From an uncultured delta proteobacterium (GTDB taxonomy: Bacteria; Desulfobacterota; Binatia; HRBIN30): 64,000 nt of DNA. Every line of letters starts with the position of its first letter. Positions within the stretch are counted from its first letter, which is position 1. The notes beneath the pieces were generated by a model, which worked only from the letters and a program-made list of their open reading frames with translations, was not told where the DNA came from and searched no databases. Positions 9,001-18,635 of the stretch are shown here, piece by piece. The position numbers and the translations under genes were made by a program. The stretch is taken from NCBI GenBank assembly GCA_963729835.1, contig CAVSQF010000022.1, forward strand, positions 296,150-360,149, read 5' to 3'.

Positions 9001-10209
9001 ATGACCGGTCGCTTCCTTCACAACCGAGATTTCTGGCCGCTGCTGATCGCGTCGGTCGCTGCTTTAGTGGTCGTGCTCATCGTGGCATTCCGTGAGTACA
9101 CGCCGGAATGGCAGCACCGTATGGAGGCCTTTCGCAGTTATCTGCGCGGGCGCGGCGCGTATGATGCGGCGTCGACCGTGCCCAATACCGTGCAGCAGAT
9201 CTGGCTGCCGGCACTGGATCGGGTCGATCGTTGCATCAGCTGTCATGTCAACTACGATGCGTCGATTTCGGCGCTGCCCGATTTGCCGCCGCTGCACCGG
9301 TCGCATCCGGACCTGCCCTATATGGCGAAGCACCCCTTTCCCACCTTCGGGTGCACCGCGTGCCACGGCGGCCAAGGCTACGCCCTCGATCAGGCCGGGG
9401 CGCACGGCCTCGTGGAGCACTGGGATGATCCGCTGCTGAGCACCGCGCTGGCAACGCAGTACGGCCTCACGCGTGCGCAGCTGATGGAAACCAAGTGCAA
9501 CACCTGTCACCGGCGCGATGATTCGACGGCCGGAATGGATCTCATCAACATGGCCAAGGAGATCTTCGACAAGAAACGCTGCGTGTCGTGCCACGGCTTG
9601 CAGGGCGGCGGCGGGCTGGCCTCGTCGGACCTGACCTACGACGGCGACGTCAACCCCGAGCTTCTGGACTTTTCCAACGTGTCGGGTCCGAAGACGAGCT
9701 TGAACTGGGAGATCCAGCATTTCAAGAGTCCGCAACAGGTCGTGACACGCAGCGGCATGCCGAACTACCGGTTGAACGATGAGCAGGCGCGGGCGTTGGC
9801 GCTGCTGATGTTGAGTTGGCAGCGGGTCAGCTTCCCGCCCGAGTACCTCCCGGCAGCACGGCGGCGCCCACCGGCCGTGCTGCCGATTGTGCGCGAGGTG
9901 GCGTATCCCCCGCCGGCGACGACGGATGCGGGAAAGGAAGGCCGCTATGTGTTCAGCAATCGAGGTTGCAACACCTGCCATCGGGTCGGGGGCGGGAATT
10001 TGATTGGTCCTGATTTGGCAGCGGTCACGCAGCGGCGCAACGACAAGTGGCTCGGCACTTGGCTGAAAGATCCGGCGGCGGTGGTGGCGAAGGACCCGGC
10101 ACTGCAAACCTGGTCGCACGAGTTCGGCGACATCATCATGCCCAACCAGAATCTCAACGACGAGGAGATCGCAGGGCTGATCGCCTACATGCACGAGTTC
10201 CCAGAGTGA
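9001..10209 (+). CDS. membrane-anchored pentaheme c-type cytochrome (c subunit of the bc complex)
   Basis: ATG 9001 lies 12 nt after the cyt b stop. N-terminal TM (WPLLIASVAALVVVLIVAF). Five CxxCH motifs: CISCH, CTACH, CNTCH, CVSCH, CNTCH. Confidence 0.85.
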   Translation: MTGRFLHNRDFWPLLIASVAALVVVLIVAFREYTPEWQHRMEAFRSYLRGRGAYDAASTVPNTVQQIWLPALDRVDRCISCHVNYDASISALPDLPPLHRSHPDLPYMAKHPFPTFGCTACHGGQGYALDQAGAHGLVEHWDDPLLSTALATQYGLTRAQLMETKCNTCHRRDDSTAGMDLINMAKEIFDKKRCVSCHGLQGGGGLASSDLTYDGDVNPELLDFSNVSGPKTSLNWEIQHFKSPQQVVTRSGMPNYRLNDEQARALALLMLSWQRVSFPPEYLPAARRRPPAVLPIVREVAYPPPATTDAGKEGRYVFSNRGCNTCHRVGGGNLIGPDLAAVTQRRNDKWLGTWLKDPAAVVAKDPALQTWSHEFGDIIMPNQNLNDEEIAGLIAYMHEFPE

Positions 10210-10291
10210 CCTGGCGACGCGCGTACGGCTGTAGCCATTGTGCCCCTCAAATCGTTGGCAAACCGTTGCGCGCTCGGATAAAAAGCTCGCA

Positions 10292-10918
10292 ATGGCAATG
10301 GCTTCGGATAATCCTTTTGGAGTCAGCTCTTTCATCCACGGTTTGGCCAAGCTCATCTTTCGCCTCAGCGGTTGGAAGATCGAGGGGACCGTGCACCAGC
10401 CCCCCCGCTTCGTCCTCATCGCCGCGCCACACACGTCGAACTGGGACGCATTCATCATGGTGACGGCGGCCTGTATCTTCCGGGTGAAGTTGGCGTGGTT
10501 CGTCAAGCAGGCGGCGTTTTTCTTCCCGCTCGGGCCGATCCTCCGCGCCTTCGGCGGTGTGCCGATCGACCGCAGCGGACGCCACAACATGGTGGAGCAA
10601 GCGGTTGCACGGTTCCGGCAGAGCGAGCGGCTCATCCTCGCCGTCCCTCCTGAAGCTACCCGCAAGAGGTCGACATCATGGAAAACCGGTTTCTACCACA
10701 TCGCCAGAGGTGCGGGCGTCCCGATCGTTCCCGGCTACATCGATTACCGGCGCAAGGTTGCAGGTTTCGGTCCAGCCTTCACGCCGACAGGGGACATCGA
10801 AGCCGACTTCCGCGTATTCGAGAAGTTCTACGCTACCGTCACACCCAAGTTTCCCAAACTCCGCGGCGTGGTAGCAGTGGATCCTGCGGCGCCCCGCCGC
10901 GACAGCTCCGCGGCCTAG
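10292..10918 (+). CDS. 1-acyl-sn-glycerol-3-phosphate acyltransferase-like (PlsC family)
   Basis: HX4D motif (HTSNWD) and conserved blocks FFPLGPILRAFGGVPIDR, VPPEATR, VPIVPGYIDY. Confidence 0.7.
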   Translation: MAMASDNPFGVSSFIHGLAKLIFRLSGWKIEGTVHQPPRFVLIAAPHTSNWDAFIMVTAACIFRVKLAWFVKQAAFFFPLGPILRAFGGVPIDRSGRHNMVEQAVARFRQSERLILAVPPEATRKRSTSWKTGFYHIARGAGVPIVPGYIDYRRKVAGFGPAFTPTGDIEADFRVFEKFYATVTPKFPKLRGVVAVDPAAPRRDSSAA

Positions 10919-10925
10919 ACCACTG

Positions 10926-11906
10926 ATGCGCCTTCTCGTTGCGGGCGCGGGGGGAATCGGCTCGATCTTCGGTGCCTTCTTGCAACGTGCGGGCGACGAG
11001 GTGACGCTGCTGGGGCGTCCCGCCCACCTCGCGCGCGTGGCCGCCGATGGCCTGCATCTGGACGGCCTTTGGGGCGAACATGTTGTGACAGGATTCCACT
11101 TGGTCGAAGACGCCGCCCGCCTGAGCGGCCAGTATGACGGCATCTTGGTCACCGCAAAATCCTATGACACGCAGGTCATTGCGGAAGCCGTCGCCCTGTT
11201 TCTCGCTCCCGGGGGAGTCATCATCTCTCTGCAGAACGGGCTGGGGAATGTCGAGCAATTCGTCGCGCGGGTCGGCCCGGCGCGTGTGCTCGGCGGACGG
11301 GTCATCTTCGGCGCGGAAGTCGTCGCCCCTGGGTGCGTACGCGTCACCGTGTACGCGGACCCCGTGCTCATCGGCCCGTGGGGTGCCGACCCAGATCCGC
11401 GCAGCACCGCGCAAGCGCAATGGTGGGCGAGTCATTTCGATGCGGCCGGCATCCCGAGCGCTGCGACCGACGACATCGCCGCCGCATTGTGGGGCAAGGT
11501 GCTGTACAATACCCCACTCAACCCGCTCAGCGCGCTGCTCGGTGTGCATTACGGGGCGCTCGCCGAGAACGGACACACCCGCGTCATCATGGACCAGGTC
11601 ATCGGCGAGACTTTCGCGGTGGCGACTGCCGAGGGGATCGTCCTGCCGTGGGCCTCTGCCGCGGAGTACCGCGCCACATTCTATGATCGTCTGGTGCCAT
11701 CGACGTTCCATCATCGCTCGTCAATGCTGCAAGACCTCGAGCGCGGCCGGCGGACCGAGATCGACGCCATCAACGGCGAGGTCTGGAAGCGTGGAGCGAC
11801 CTGCGATATCGCGACGCCCATCAACGAGCTGCTGACGCGTTTAGTGCACGCCCGCGAAGCGTTGCGCGCGCCGACCGGAGGTCTGACACCCCAAGTGAAG
11901 ACTTGA
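10926..11906 (+). CDS. panE: 2-dehydropantoate 2-reductase (ketopantoate reductase, ApbA/PanE family)
   Basis: MRLLVAGAGGIGSIFGAFL Rossmann N-terminus, LQNGLGN and ...ERGRRTEIDAINGEV blocks typical of the PanE/ApbA family. Confidence 0.8.
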   Translation: MRLLVAGAGGIGSIFGAFLQRAGDEVTLLGRPAHLARVAADGLHLDGLWGEHVVTGFHLVEDAARLSGQYDGILVTAKSYDTQVIAEAVALFLAPGGVIISLQNGLGNVEQFVARVGPARVLGGRVIFGAEVVAPGCVRVTVYADPVLIGPWGADPDPRSTAQAQWWASHFDAAGIPSAATDDIAAALWGKVLYNTPLNPLSALLGVHYGALAENGHTRVIMDQVIGETFAVATAEGIVLPWASAAEYRATFYDRLVPSTFHHRSSMLQDLERGRRTEIDAINGEVWKRGATCDIATPINELLTRLVHAREALRAPTGGLTPQVKT

Positions 11907-12262
11907 ATGAGACACAGAAGACGACCGTCTACGAACGTCCGTCGGCATGGCTGTTTCCATGGGCAATCCTGCCGGAGGTCGACTATCTGGCGCAGACGCA
12001 GTTGGGAGAGCGAGTGGCCGGGGCGTTTCTGGCCGATCTCGCCGAGGGAGCGTTCGTGGTCGAGTGGGGCGATGAGGTCGACCTCGACCGGGCGCACGAG
12101 TTGAACACGCGCTACCGGGCGCTACAGTTGGGCTTGGTGGACGCGGTGGTCATGGCGATCGCCGAGCGCCGGCACGCCGAGGCCATTGCCACGCTCGATC
12201 TCCGGCACTTCGGCGCCGTGCAGCTGCGGCGGCGGGTGAAACTCTTCCCCCGTGATCTGTAG
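11903..12262 (+). CDS. PIN-domain-like protein (VapC-like C-terminal half; N-terminus atypical)
   Basis: C-terminal LGLVDAVVMAIAERRHAEAIATLDLRHFGAV resembles the PIN domain fourth acidic/helix region. No cognate antitoxin is seen. Overlaps the panE stop. Confidence 0.4.
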   Translation: MNETQKTTVYERPSAWLFPWAILPEVDYLAQTQLGERVAGAFLADLAEGAFVVEWGDEVDLDRAHELNTRYRALQLGLVDAVVMAIAERRHAEAIATLDLRHFGAVQLRRRVKLFPRDL

Positions 12263-12368
12263 GTGCGGAGCTGTCTTCAGCTACCTCAGCGCTTGCTGGC
12301 GTGGAGAACGGTAAGGCCGATCATCTCGTCGCCTTCGTAGCGGATGATCACGTCGTCGTCCGTAGGGC

Positions 12369-12575
12369 TCACAGTCCCACCGTTTCAAACTCCATCCGGC
12401 TCAGCGTCTTGACGGCGACGCGCTTGGAGAGATGCAGCATCTCGATGCCCACCACCTTGCCCTCGGCGTTGTAGTCCAGAATGACCCCAGGTGAAATTTC
12501 CTCGCTCTCGACAGCGGGGGCATCGTCGAGGTCGAGGTACAGCGCATCGGCTTCGCGGTCCACGGTCAGTTTCAT
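12369..12575 (-). CDS. DUF2283 family protein
   Basis: 68 aa: MKLTVDREADALYLDLDDAPAVESEEISPGVILDYNAEGKVVGIEMLHLSKR matches the DUF2283 hallmark. Confidence 0.7.
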   Translation of the reverse strand: MKLTVDREADALYLDLDDAPAVESEEISPGVILDYNAEGKVVGIEMLHLSKRVAVKTLSRMEFETVGL

Positions 12576-12775
12576 AATTTACCTCTCATTGTTCGGTCGA
12601 GATACAACGTGACGACTCGCCGCGGTTCGTCTTTGGACACGATAACACGCCGGAACGCGCGGTCGAGGATGGACGGCAGCAGGGCGTCGAGTTCGGCGGC
12701 GGTCTCGGCTTGCAGGCGCTTCAGCGCGTCCACCTCTGCGTGCAGCGCGTTCAACTCCGCCACCATAGTCGACAT
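12572..12775 (-). CDS. small coiled-coil protein upstream of DUF2283 (possible partner)
   Basis: MSTMVAELNALHAEVDALKRLQAETAAELDALLPS...; 4-nt overlap with the DUF2283 gene start. RBS GAGGT. Confidence 0.4.
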   Translation of the reverse strand: MSTMVAELNALHAEVDALKRLQAETAAELDALLPSILDRAFRRVIVSKDEPRRVVTLYLDRTMRGKL

Positions 12776-12897
12776 TACCTCGGCTCCCCACCTGTTCACG
12801 TCACAGGCGACTACCTTCATCCAACAAAACAGCATGCCGCGTCAACCCCTGATCCGGCATAACGACCGCGTGCTTGAAGGCCGGCTTCACGCTTTCT

Positions 12898-13095
12898 TTA
12901 ACATCTCGGGCCGCGCTGCGGACGGCGGCCACCCCACTGACTTGAGGTTGCAAATTGTGACCTCAAGTTCTCGAACTCGGCATCGGTGAGCTGAACCATG
13001 AAGTCGGGGGGAAACCGTTCGCGGTTGCGCTTCACAGCCTGGACGAGAACCTTCGTTGGCAGGCCATACAGCGCCGCCAGGTCGGCGTCCTCGAA
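12898..13095 (-). pseudogene. remnant of ORF6N-domain (KilA-N-like) gene
   Basis: Minus-strand frame reads [58 protein letters not shown]. This matches the conserved ORF6N core but lacks start and the rest of the protein. Confidence 0.45.
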
Positions 13096-13265
13096 CTAGC
13101 AGAATCTGACGTTCGACGTTCGCAGCGGAGACCCGTAGCTGGCTCACAGCCGTTCCCTTGCCGGCAAACGTGTCCCACTGTCAAGAAGCGCGGGGGTGTT
13201 TCATTCTCAGCGTTTTCCCTCGCCGACCGCCTCGCAAAACGTCAAATATGCGCTAGGAAGGTATC

Positions 13266-13727
13266 ATGACGCTGACGATCACCAACCCCATTCTGGCCGC
13301 GCTGCGCGCGCACGCCTGCGAGGCGTATCCGGATGAGTGTTGCGGCTTGGTGATTGGACGTAACGCCGGCCAGGAGGCGGTGCGGGTGACCAACGTGCAA
13401 GACGAGCTGCACGCCAAAGATCCCGCGCAGTTCCCGCGTACCGCGCGGATTGCCTACACCATGGGGCCGGACGCGGCGCCGCTTCTGATCGCCGCCGAGC
13501 GTGGCGAGCTGACGCTGCGCGCCTTCTATCACTCGCATCCCGACCACGACGCGTACTTTTCCGCCGAGGACCGCACGCAGGCCCTGGGCGGTTGGGACGA
13601 ACCGAATTACCCGCACGCCCTGCAGATCGTCATGTCGGTGCGCAACGGGCAGCTGTGCGCGACCAAGGCATTTGCGTGGGATCAAGCCGCGCGCGATTTC
13701 GTCGAGATTCCGCTCGTCGTTCAGTGA
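13266..13727 (+). CDS. JAB/MPN (JAMM) metalloprotease-domain protein
   Basis: RBS AGGAAGG before ATG. ECCGLVIG...E, HSHPDHDAYFSAED (JAMM HxHx7Sx2D motif). Confidence 0.8.
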   Translation: MTLTITNPILAALRAHACEAYPDECCGLVIGRNAGQEAVRVTNVQDELHAKDPAQFPRTARIAYTMGPDAAPLLIAAERGELTLRAFYHSHPDHDAYFSAEDRTQALGGWDEPNYPHALQIVMSVRNGQLCATKAFAWDQAARDFVEIPLVVQ

Positions 13728-13816
13728 CGAAAGAGAGTCTGCGCACGGCAGGACGAAAATTGGCGGGCGGCAGCCCGCGCCAGGGGGCCGTTGCGAATTC
13801 CGCACGCCCAGGGCAG

Positions 13817-15175
13817 ATGGCAGATATGCAAAAACCAAATTGGCTGGCGCCGCTCTTCCCGTGGAAGCAGCGGCTCATGGCCGTGAACGGCCGGCGGATG
13901 GCGTACATTGACGAAGGTGCGCGCGGCGGGCGCCCGGTCTTGCTCCTGTCCGGTAATCCGACGTGGGGCTTTCTGTACCGCGACTTCATCGCCCCCCTGA
14001 CGGACGCCGGCTACCGCGCCATCGCGCCCGACTGGGTGGGAACCGGCTACTCCGATCACCCGCGCGTGGACGCGGCCTTGACGTTTGCGCATCATATCGC
14101 CGACCTCGTGTCGCTCATCGATCAGCTCGAGTTGCGGGGCTTCGTCGTGGTCGGGCAGGACTGGGGCGGGCCGCAGGGAGTCGGCGCCGCGCTGCAGCGG
14201 CACGAACACCTCTCGGCACTGGTGCTGATGAGCACCTGGCTCTTCACCGGCTTCGTGGGGCGCTTCCACTCCTCGCCGCGACCATGGACGACGTGGCACG
14301 CGCCGTTGATCAGCCAGTATTTCATGAAGCGGCACAAGGTGCTGTCACACGGCGGCCCTTCGATGATTTCGCAGCGCGGCATGAGCGACGCCGAGGCGCG
14401 CGCCTACCATCACGTCTTCGACGAGCCGGACTCGGACCACGTCGTGCTCACCTGGCCGCGCACCATTCCGATGCGCGCGGGCGACCGCGGTTGGGCGGAC
14501 ATGGCGGCCATCGAGCGGCGGCTCCCTCAGCTCGCGAACATCCCCACCCTGCTACTCTACGCGACACAGGATAGTGTGTTCGGAAAGCCGTACGCCGACC
14601 GCCTCAAGGAGCGTCTGCCGCATGCGGAGGGTCCGCACCCGATCGAACGCGCCGACCACTTTCTCCAGGATGATCGCGGGCCGGAAATCGCCAAGGCGAT
14701 CGTGAGCTTTCTGGAACGCTCGGTCGGGTCCGCTGCGCCAGCGGGCGACGCAGCACGGAAGCCCGCGCACAGCCAGCGCGCCGAGAACTGGCAGCTGACC
14801 TTCATTTCGCCTGCTGATGAGGAGATTGCGGCGCGGCGCGCCGACCCGTTGCTCATCGAGCAGGATCTCGATGTTCGTCCGGAAGTCGCCGGCGCGCTCG
14901 AACGCGTCACCGGAAGGCGAGCGGGGCGTGTCTATTGGCGCTCCGCGCACAATCACCTGTATGCTTTGGAGCTGGCTGACCTGGGGCGCGGCCGGCCGTC
15001 GATGGCCACCGTCTACGGGTTTTGGGAGCGCTGGGAGCCCCGCCCGCCCGAGGAAGAGATCGACGCCGACCTTCTGGACTTCTGCCTCTGGGTCGCCGCG
15101 ATCAGCCCGGGTATCGACGCGGCCGACGTCGCCCGCGTCGCCGAACGCGCGGGTATCCACCCGGGCGTCGCATAA
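13817..15175 (+). CDS. alpha/beta hydrolase (haloalkane dehalogenase-like) with ~150-aa C-terminal extension
   Basis: PVLLLSGNPTWGFLYRDFIAPL, VVVGQDWGG nucleophile elbow (Asp nucleophile as in haloalkane dehalogenases). Track ORF start 13592 is antisense-overlap artefact; ATG at 13817. Confidence 0.75.
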   Translation: MADMQKPNWLAPLFPWKQRLMAVNGRRMAYIDEGARGGRPVLLLSGNPTWGFLYRDFIAPLTDAGYRAIAPDWVGTGYSDHPRVDAALTFAHHIADLVSLIDQLELRGFVVVGQDWGGPQGVGAALQRHEHLSALVLMSTWLFTGFVGRFHSSPRPWTTWHAPLISQYFMKRHKVLSHGGPSMISQRGMSDAEARAYHHVFDEPDSDHVVLTWPRTIPMRAGDRGWADMAAIERRLPQLANIPTLLLYATQDSVFGKPYADRLKERLPHAEGPHPIERADHFLQDDRGPEIAKAIVSFLERSVGSAAPAGDAARKPAHSQRAENWQLTFISPADEEIAARRADPLLIEQDLDVRPEVAGALERVTGRRAGRVYWRSAHNHLYALELADLGRGRPSMATVYGFWERWEPRPPEEEIDADLLDFCLWVAAISPGIDAADVARVAERAGIHPGVA

Positions 15176-15228
15176 CGCTCGTCAGCGTCACGGCAGTGCA
15201 GTGTGTCGAACTGCACCGGAAAACAGGG

Positions 15229-16593
15229 TCAGACGAGGGAGTAGAGGCGGGAGTACAGTTGGCCTTGCGCGGACACAGTCGCGATGGGTGCGGCCGGCGG
15301 TTCGAGCGCGGCAACGGGGACACGTACCGTGACGCTCGTGCCCTCGCCGACTGTGCTGGCGAGCGCCACCGTTCCGCCGTGCGCCTCCACGATCGCCTTG
15401 ACGATGAACAGTCCCAGCCCGGTGCCCTCCGTCTTGTCACTGCGCGCCCCCCGGCGGTATTCCTGGAACGCGACCGCACATTCATCTGGCGACATGCCAC
15501 GGCCGGTGTCGCGCACCGTGAGCACGATGTCGCCGCCGTCGCGGGCCGTGCATACGCTGATGGCGCCCCCCGCCGGTGTGAACTTGATCGCATTGTCGAT
15601 CAGGTTGGAGATGACCCGTTCCATCTGCATCGCGTCGACTTCCGCCGCAGGCAGGCCAGGCTCCACCACGGAGTGCAGCGTTATGCTCCGCACTGCTGCC
15701 GTATTGCCCGCAAGGCAGAGAGCATCGTCGATGAGATCACCGATGTCCACGAGGCTGCGCTGCAAGACCAGCCGTCCCGCCTCGATCCGCGCACCATCGA
15801 GCAGATTCTGGGCCAGCGTAATTGCGTGGCGCGTACTAGCATGGATGCGGCGTACGAGGCCGGCTTGTTCCTCATTGAGGGGACCGGAGCGGTCGTCGAG
15901 CAACAAGGTCGCCAGCAACTGGATGGCGCCGAGCGGATTGCGGAGATCGTGGGTCACGCCGGCCAGGAATTTTATCCGCCGCTCATGCGCCAGGTGCTCG
16001 TCGACCTGGCGCTGCCGCTCGCCTGCCTCCTGTATCAAATGGCCAAAGAACAGGGCGACGGTGAAAAGGAAAGGCACCCGTAAGGCGTACGCTGGGGTCA
16101 TCAATCGCCCGACCCCCAGGAACCGCGATTCCGCATAGAGATGCGCAATGCTGATCAGCGTTGCCGCCGCCACGACCAAATCGAGACGCTCCGTGAGTCC
16201 GCTGACGAACAGCACCACGAAGTACAGCACGTAAAACTCGCTCGAAACGGCCTTGGTCAACGCCAGGCCGATGGACACCATCACGGTGTCGAACACGATG
16301 ACGGTAGCGTCGAGTCGGTGCGCTGAGCCAAAGCGCGGGAGCACCGCGCTGAGCAGAAGATTGGAGGCGAAATAGACGACGACAAAGGCGCCGGCCCCCG
16401 CTGGATTGCGCCCCAGCGGATGACTGAACACAACCAGATAGGAAGTCGCGATGATCAACACCCAGCGCAAGAGGATGAGCAGCTGGTCATGACCGAGTGA
16501 AGGTCCGTCAACGTTCGTGAGATTCCGGGTTCGATCGACGCGCACGACGGTCGTCGGAGGTGCATCGTTTGTGCCACGGAGTTCACGAGGCAC
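15229..16593 (-). CDS. membrane sensor histidine kinase
   Basis: Five or more N-terminal TM helices. H-box FLAGVTHDLRNPL. N, G1 and G2 boxes (NLIDNAIKFT, DTGRGM, GTGLGLFIVK). Confidence 0.85.
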   Translation of the reverse strand: MPRELRGTNDAPPTTVVRVDRTRNLTNVDGPSLGHDQLLILLRWVLIIATSYLVVFSHPLGRNPAGAGAFVVVYFASNLLLSAVLPRFGSAHRLDATVIVFDTVMVSIGLALTKAVSSEFYVLYFVVLFVSGLTERLDLVVAAATLISIAHLYAESRFLGVGRLMTPAYALRVPFLFTVALFFGHLIQEAGERQRQVDEHLAHERRIKFLAGVTHDLRNPLGAIQLLATLLLDDRSGPLNEEQAGLVRRIHASTRHAITLAQNLLDGARIEAGRLVLQRSLVDIGDLIDDALCLAGNTAAVRSITLHSVVEPGLPAAEVDAMQMERVISNLIDNAIKFTPAGGAISVCTARDGGDIVLTVRDTGRGMSPDECAVAFQEYRRGARSDKTEGTGLGLFIVKAIVEAHGGTVALASTVGEGTSVTVRVPVAALEPPAAPIATVSAQGQLYSRLYSLV

Positions 16594-16757
16594 ATGACCT
16601 AGCGTCGGACCAAGCGCGTGGCGGCAGCACGCCGGGACTCAGCGCACTGCTTGGGCCAATCGAGTTCACTCGCACGTGGGCCGGGAGCAACCCCGGCCCA
16701 GCGTGCGTCAAGACTCGGCCACTGCGCCTGAATTTTGACTCGGGGAGGGACGACGCC

Positions 16758-18371
16758 TCACATCAGTTGCGCGAAGAAGTCGTTGCCCTTGTCATCGACC
16801 AGAATGAACGCGGCGAAGTCCTCCACCTCGATCTTATAGATCGCTTCCATTCCCAATTCAGGATACTCGAGTAGCTCCACCTTCTTGATGTTGTCCTGCG
16901 CGAGGATGGCGGCCGCGCCGCCGATGGAGCCGAGATAGAAACCCCCGTACTTCTTGCACGCCTCGGTCACTTGCGGGCTGCGGTTGCCCTTGGCGATCAT
17001 GATCAGCGAGCCGCCCTTTGATTGGAACAGGTCCACGTAGGAATCCATCCGCCCGGCGGTGGTGGGGCCGAAAGACCCCGACGGCATCCCGGCCGGCGTC
17101 TTGGCCGGTCCGGCGTAATAGATGGGGTGGTCCTTGACGTACTGCGGCAGGTCCTCGCCGCGATCGAGCCGCTCCTGGAGCTTCGCATGGGCGATGTCAC
17201 GGGCCACGATGATGGTGCCCGTCAGCGACAGCTGCGTTTTGACCGGGTACTTCGTCAGCTCGGCGAGGATTTGCGGCATGGGCCGGTTGAGGTTGAGTTT
17301 CACGACGCCGTGCTCGTGCTTGCCACGGTACTTCGCCGGGATGAAGCGGCCCGGATTGCGCTCCAGCTCCTCGACCCAGATCCCCTCGCGGTTGATCTTC
17401 GCCTTCACGTTGCGATGGGCTGAGCACGACACGCCCATCCCGAGCGGGCACGAGGCGCCGTGCCGCGGCAGACGAACGACCCGGACGTCGAGGGCGAAAT
17501 ACTTTCCGCCGAACTGGGCGCCGATTCCGCTCTGTCGGGCCGCCTCGTAGAGCCGGCCCTCGAGTTCGAGGTCGCGGAAAGCCTGACCGCTGTCATTGCC
17601 TTGCGTGGGCAGGCCGTCCAAGTAGCCGGTGCTGGCCAGTTTCACCGTCTTGAGGCACATTTCAGCGGACGTGCCACCGACGACGAAAGCGATGTGATAC
17701 GGCGGGCACGCTGCCGTGCCGAGGGTTTTCATCTTCGCGACAAGAAAGCGCTCGAGCCGCTCCGGCGTCAGCAAGGCTTTGGTTTCTTGGAAAAGGTATG
17801 TCTTGTTCGCCGAGCCACCACCCTTGGCGATGAAGAGGAAAGTGTACTCCATCCCGTCGGTTGCGTAGAGGTCGATTTGTGCCGGCAGGTTGTTGCCGGA
17901 GTTTTTTTCGTCATACATGTTGAGGGCCAAGGTCTGGGAGTAACGCAGGTTCTCCTTCAGATAGGTGTCGCGGATGCCGAGGGTCAGGAACTCTTCGTCC
18001 CGAACGCCGGTCCACACGCGGCCGCCTTTCTTGCCGATCACGGTCGCCGTTCCCGTATCCTGGCACATCGGCAAGACACCCTGCGCGGCCACCTCGGCGT
18101 TCTTCAGCAGCGCTAGGACCACGCCCCGGTCATTGTCGCTAGCCGCCGGGTCGTCGAGAATGGCCGCGAGCTGCTGGAGGTGGTTGGTGCGCAACAGGAA
18201 TTCCGCGTCCCGCATGGCCTCGCGCGCGAGGACGGTGAGCCCTTCGGGATCGACCTTGAGCACCTCCTCACCGTCGAGCCGTGTCGTGGAGATGTACGCG
18301 CTGGTGACCAGCCGGTAGCGCGTTTCGTCTTTCGAATGGGGGAACAAATCGTGATACGTAAACTCTACCAT
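16758..18371 (-). CDS. class I fumarate hydratase (fused alpha/beta, Fe-S dependent)
   Basis: RBS GGAGTGAAAGAA before ATG 18371. [11 protein letters not shown]..., [17 protein letters not shown], large 537-aa FumA/FumB-type sequence. The upstream part of the track ORF (to 18779) is artefact. Confidence 0.9.
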   Translation of the reverse strand: MVEFTYHDLFPHSKDETRYRLVTSAYISTTRLDGEEVLKVDPEGLTVLAREAMRDAEFLLRTNHLQQLAAILDDPAASDNDRGVVLALLKNAEVAAQGVLPMCQDTGTATVIGKKGGRVWTGVRDEEFLTLGIRDTYLKENLRYSQTLALNMYDEKNSGNNLPAQIDLYATDGMEYTFLFIAKGGGSANKTYLFQETKALLTPERLERFLVAKMKTLGTAACPPYHIAFVVGGTSAEMCLKTVKLASTGYLDGLPTQGNDSGQAFRDLELEGRLYEAARQSGIGAQFGGKYFALDVRVVRLPRHGASCPLGMGVSCSAHRNVKAKINREGIWVEELERNPGRFIPAKYRGKHEHGVVKLNLNRPMPQILAELTKYPVKTQLSLTGTIIVARDIAHAKLQERLDRGEDLPQYVKDHPIYYAGPAKTPAGMPSGSFGPTTAGRMDSYVDLFQSKGGSLIMIAKGNRSPQVTEACKKYGGFYLGSIGGAAAILAQDNIKKVELLEYPELGMEAIYKIEVEDFAAFILVDDKGNDFFAQLM

Positions 18372-18635
18372 TTCTTTCACTCCTGACGGTGTGCTCTCGC
18401 GGTAGTGCCGGCGCAGACGCGACGGGAGCGGAGCACCCGGGGTACATTCGCACATTGGCAGCGAAGAATCCATAACGGTGGCCCCACTGCCGCAACCTGT
18501 TCCCGTGGGCCGGCCGCTCAAGTCCGGCCGCCACGCTGAGTCGCATTCTAAGGTCTGCAGTCCGCGACCACTTGTATAATGCCCCTCAGTCGTGATCTGC
18601 ATTGTTGGAGACGTGAGCACGCGGAGGGATCGAGA

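Noticed and set aside
9064-10665. 533-aa minus-strand ORF
   Set aside because: Antisense to the pentaheme cytochrome and plsC-like genes. Composition Arg/Pro-rich, no motifs.
11333-11686. Overlapping + ORFs inside panE (e.g. 11134..11835, 11333..11686)
   Set aside because: Alternative-frame artefacts (Arg/Ser-rich) inside a well-supported gene.
13242-13838. 198-aa minus-strand ORF over the JAB gene
   Set aside because: Antisense artefact; the + strand has the JAMM motif and an RBS.
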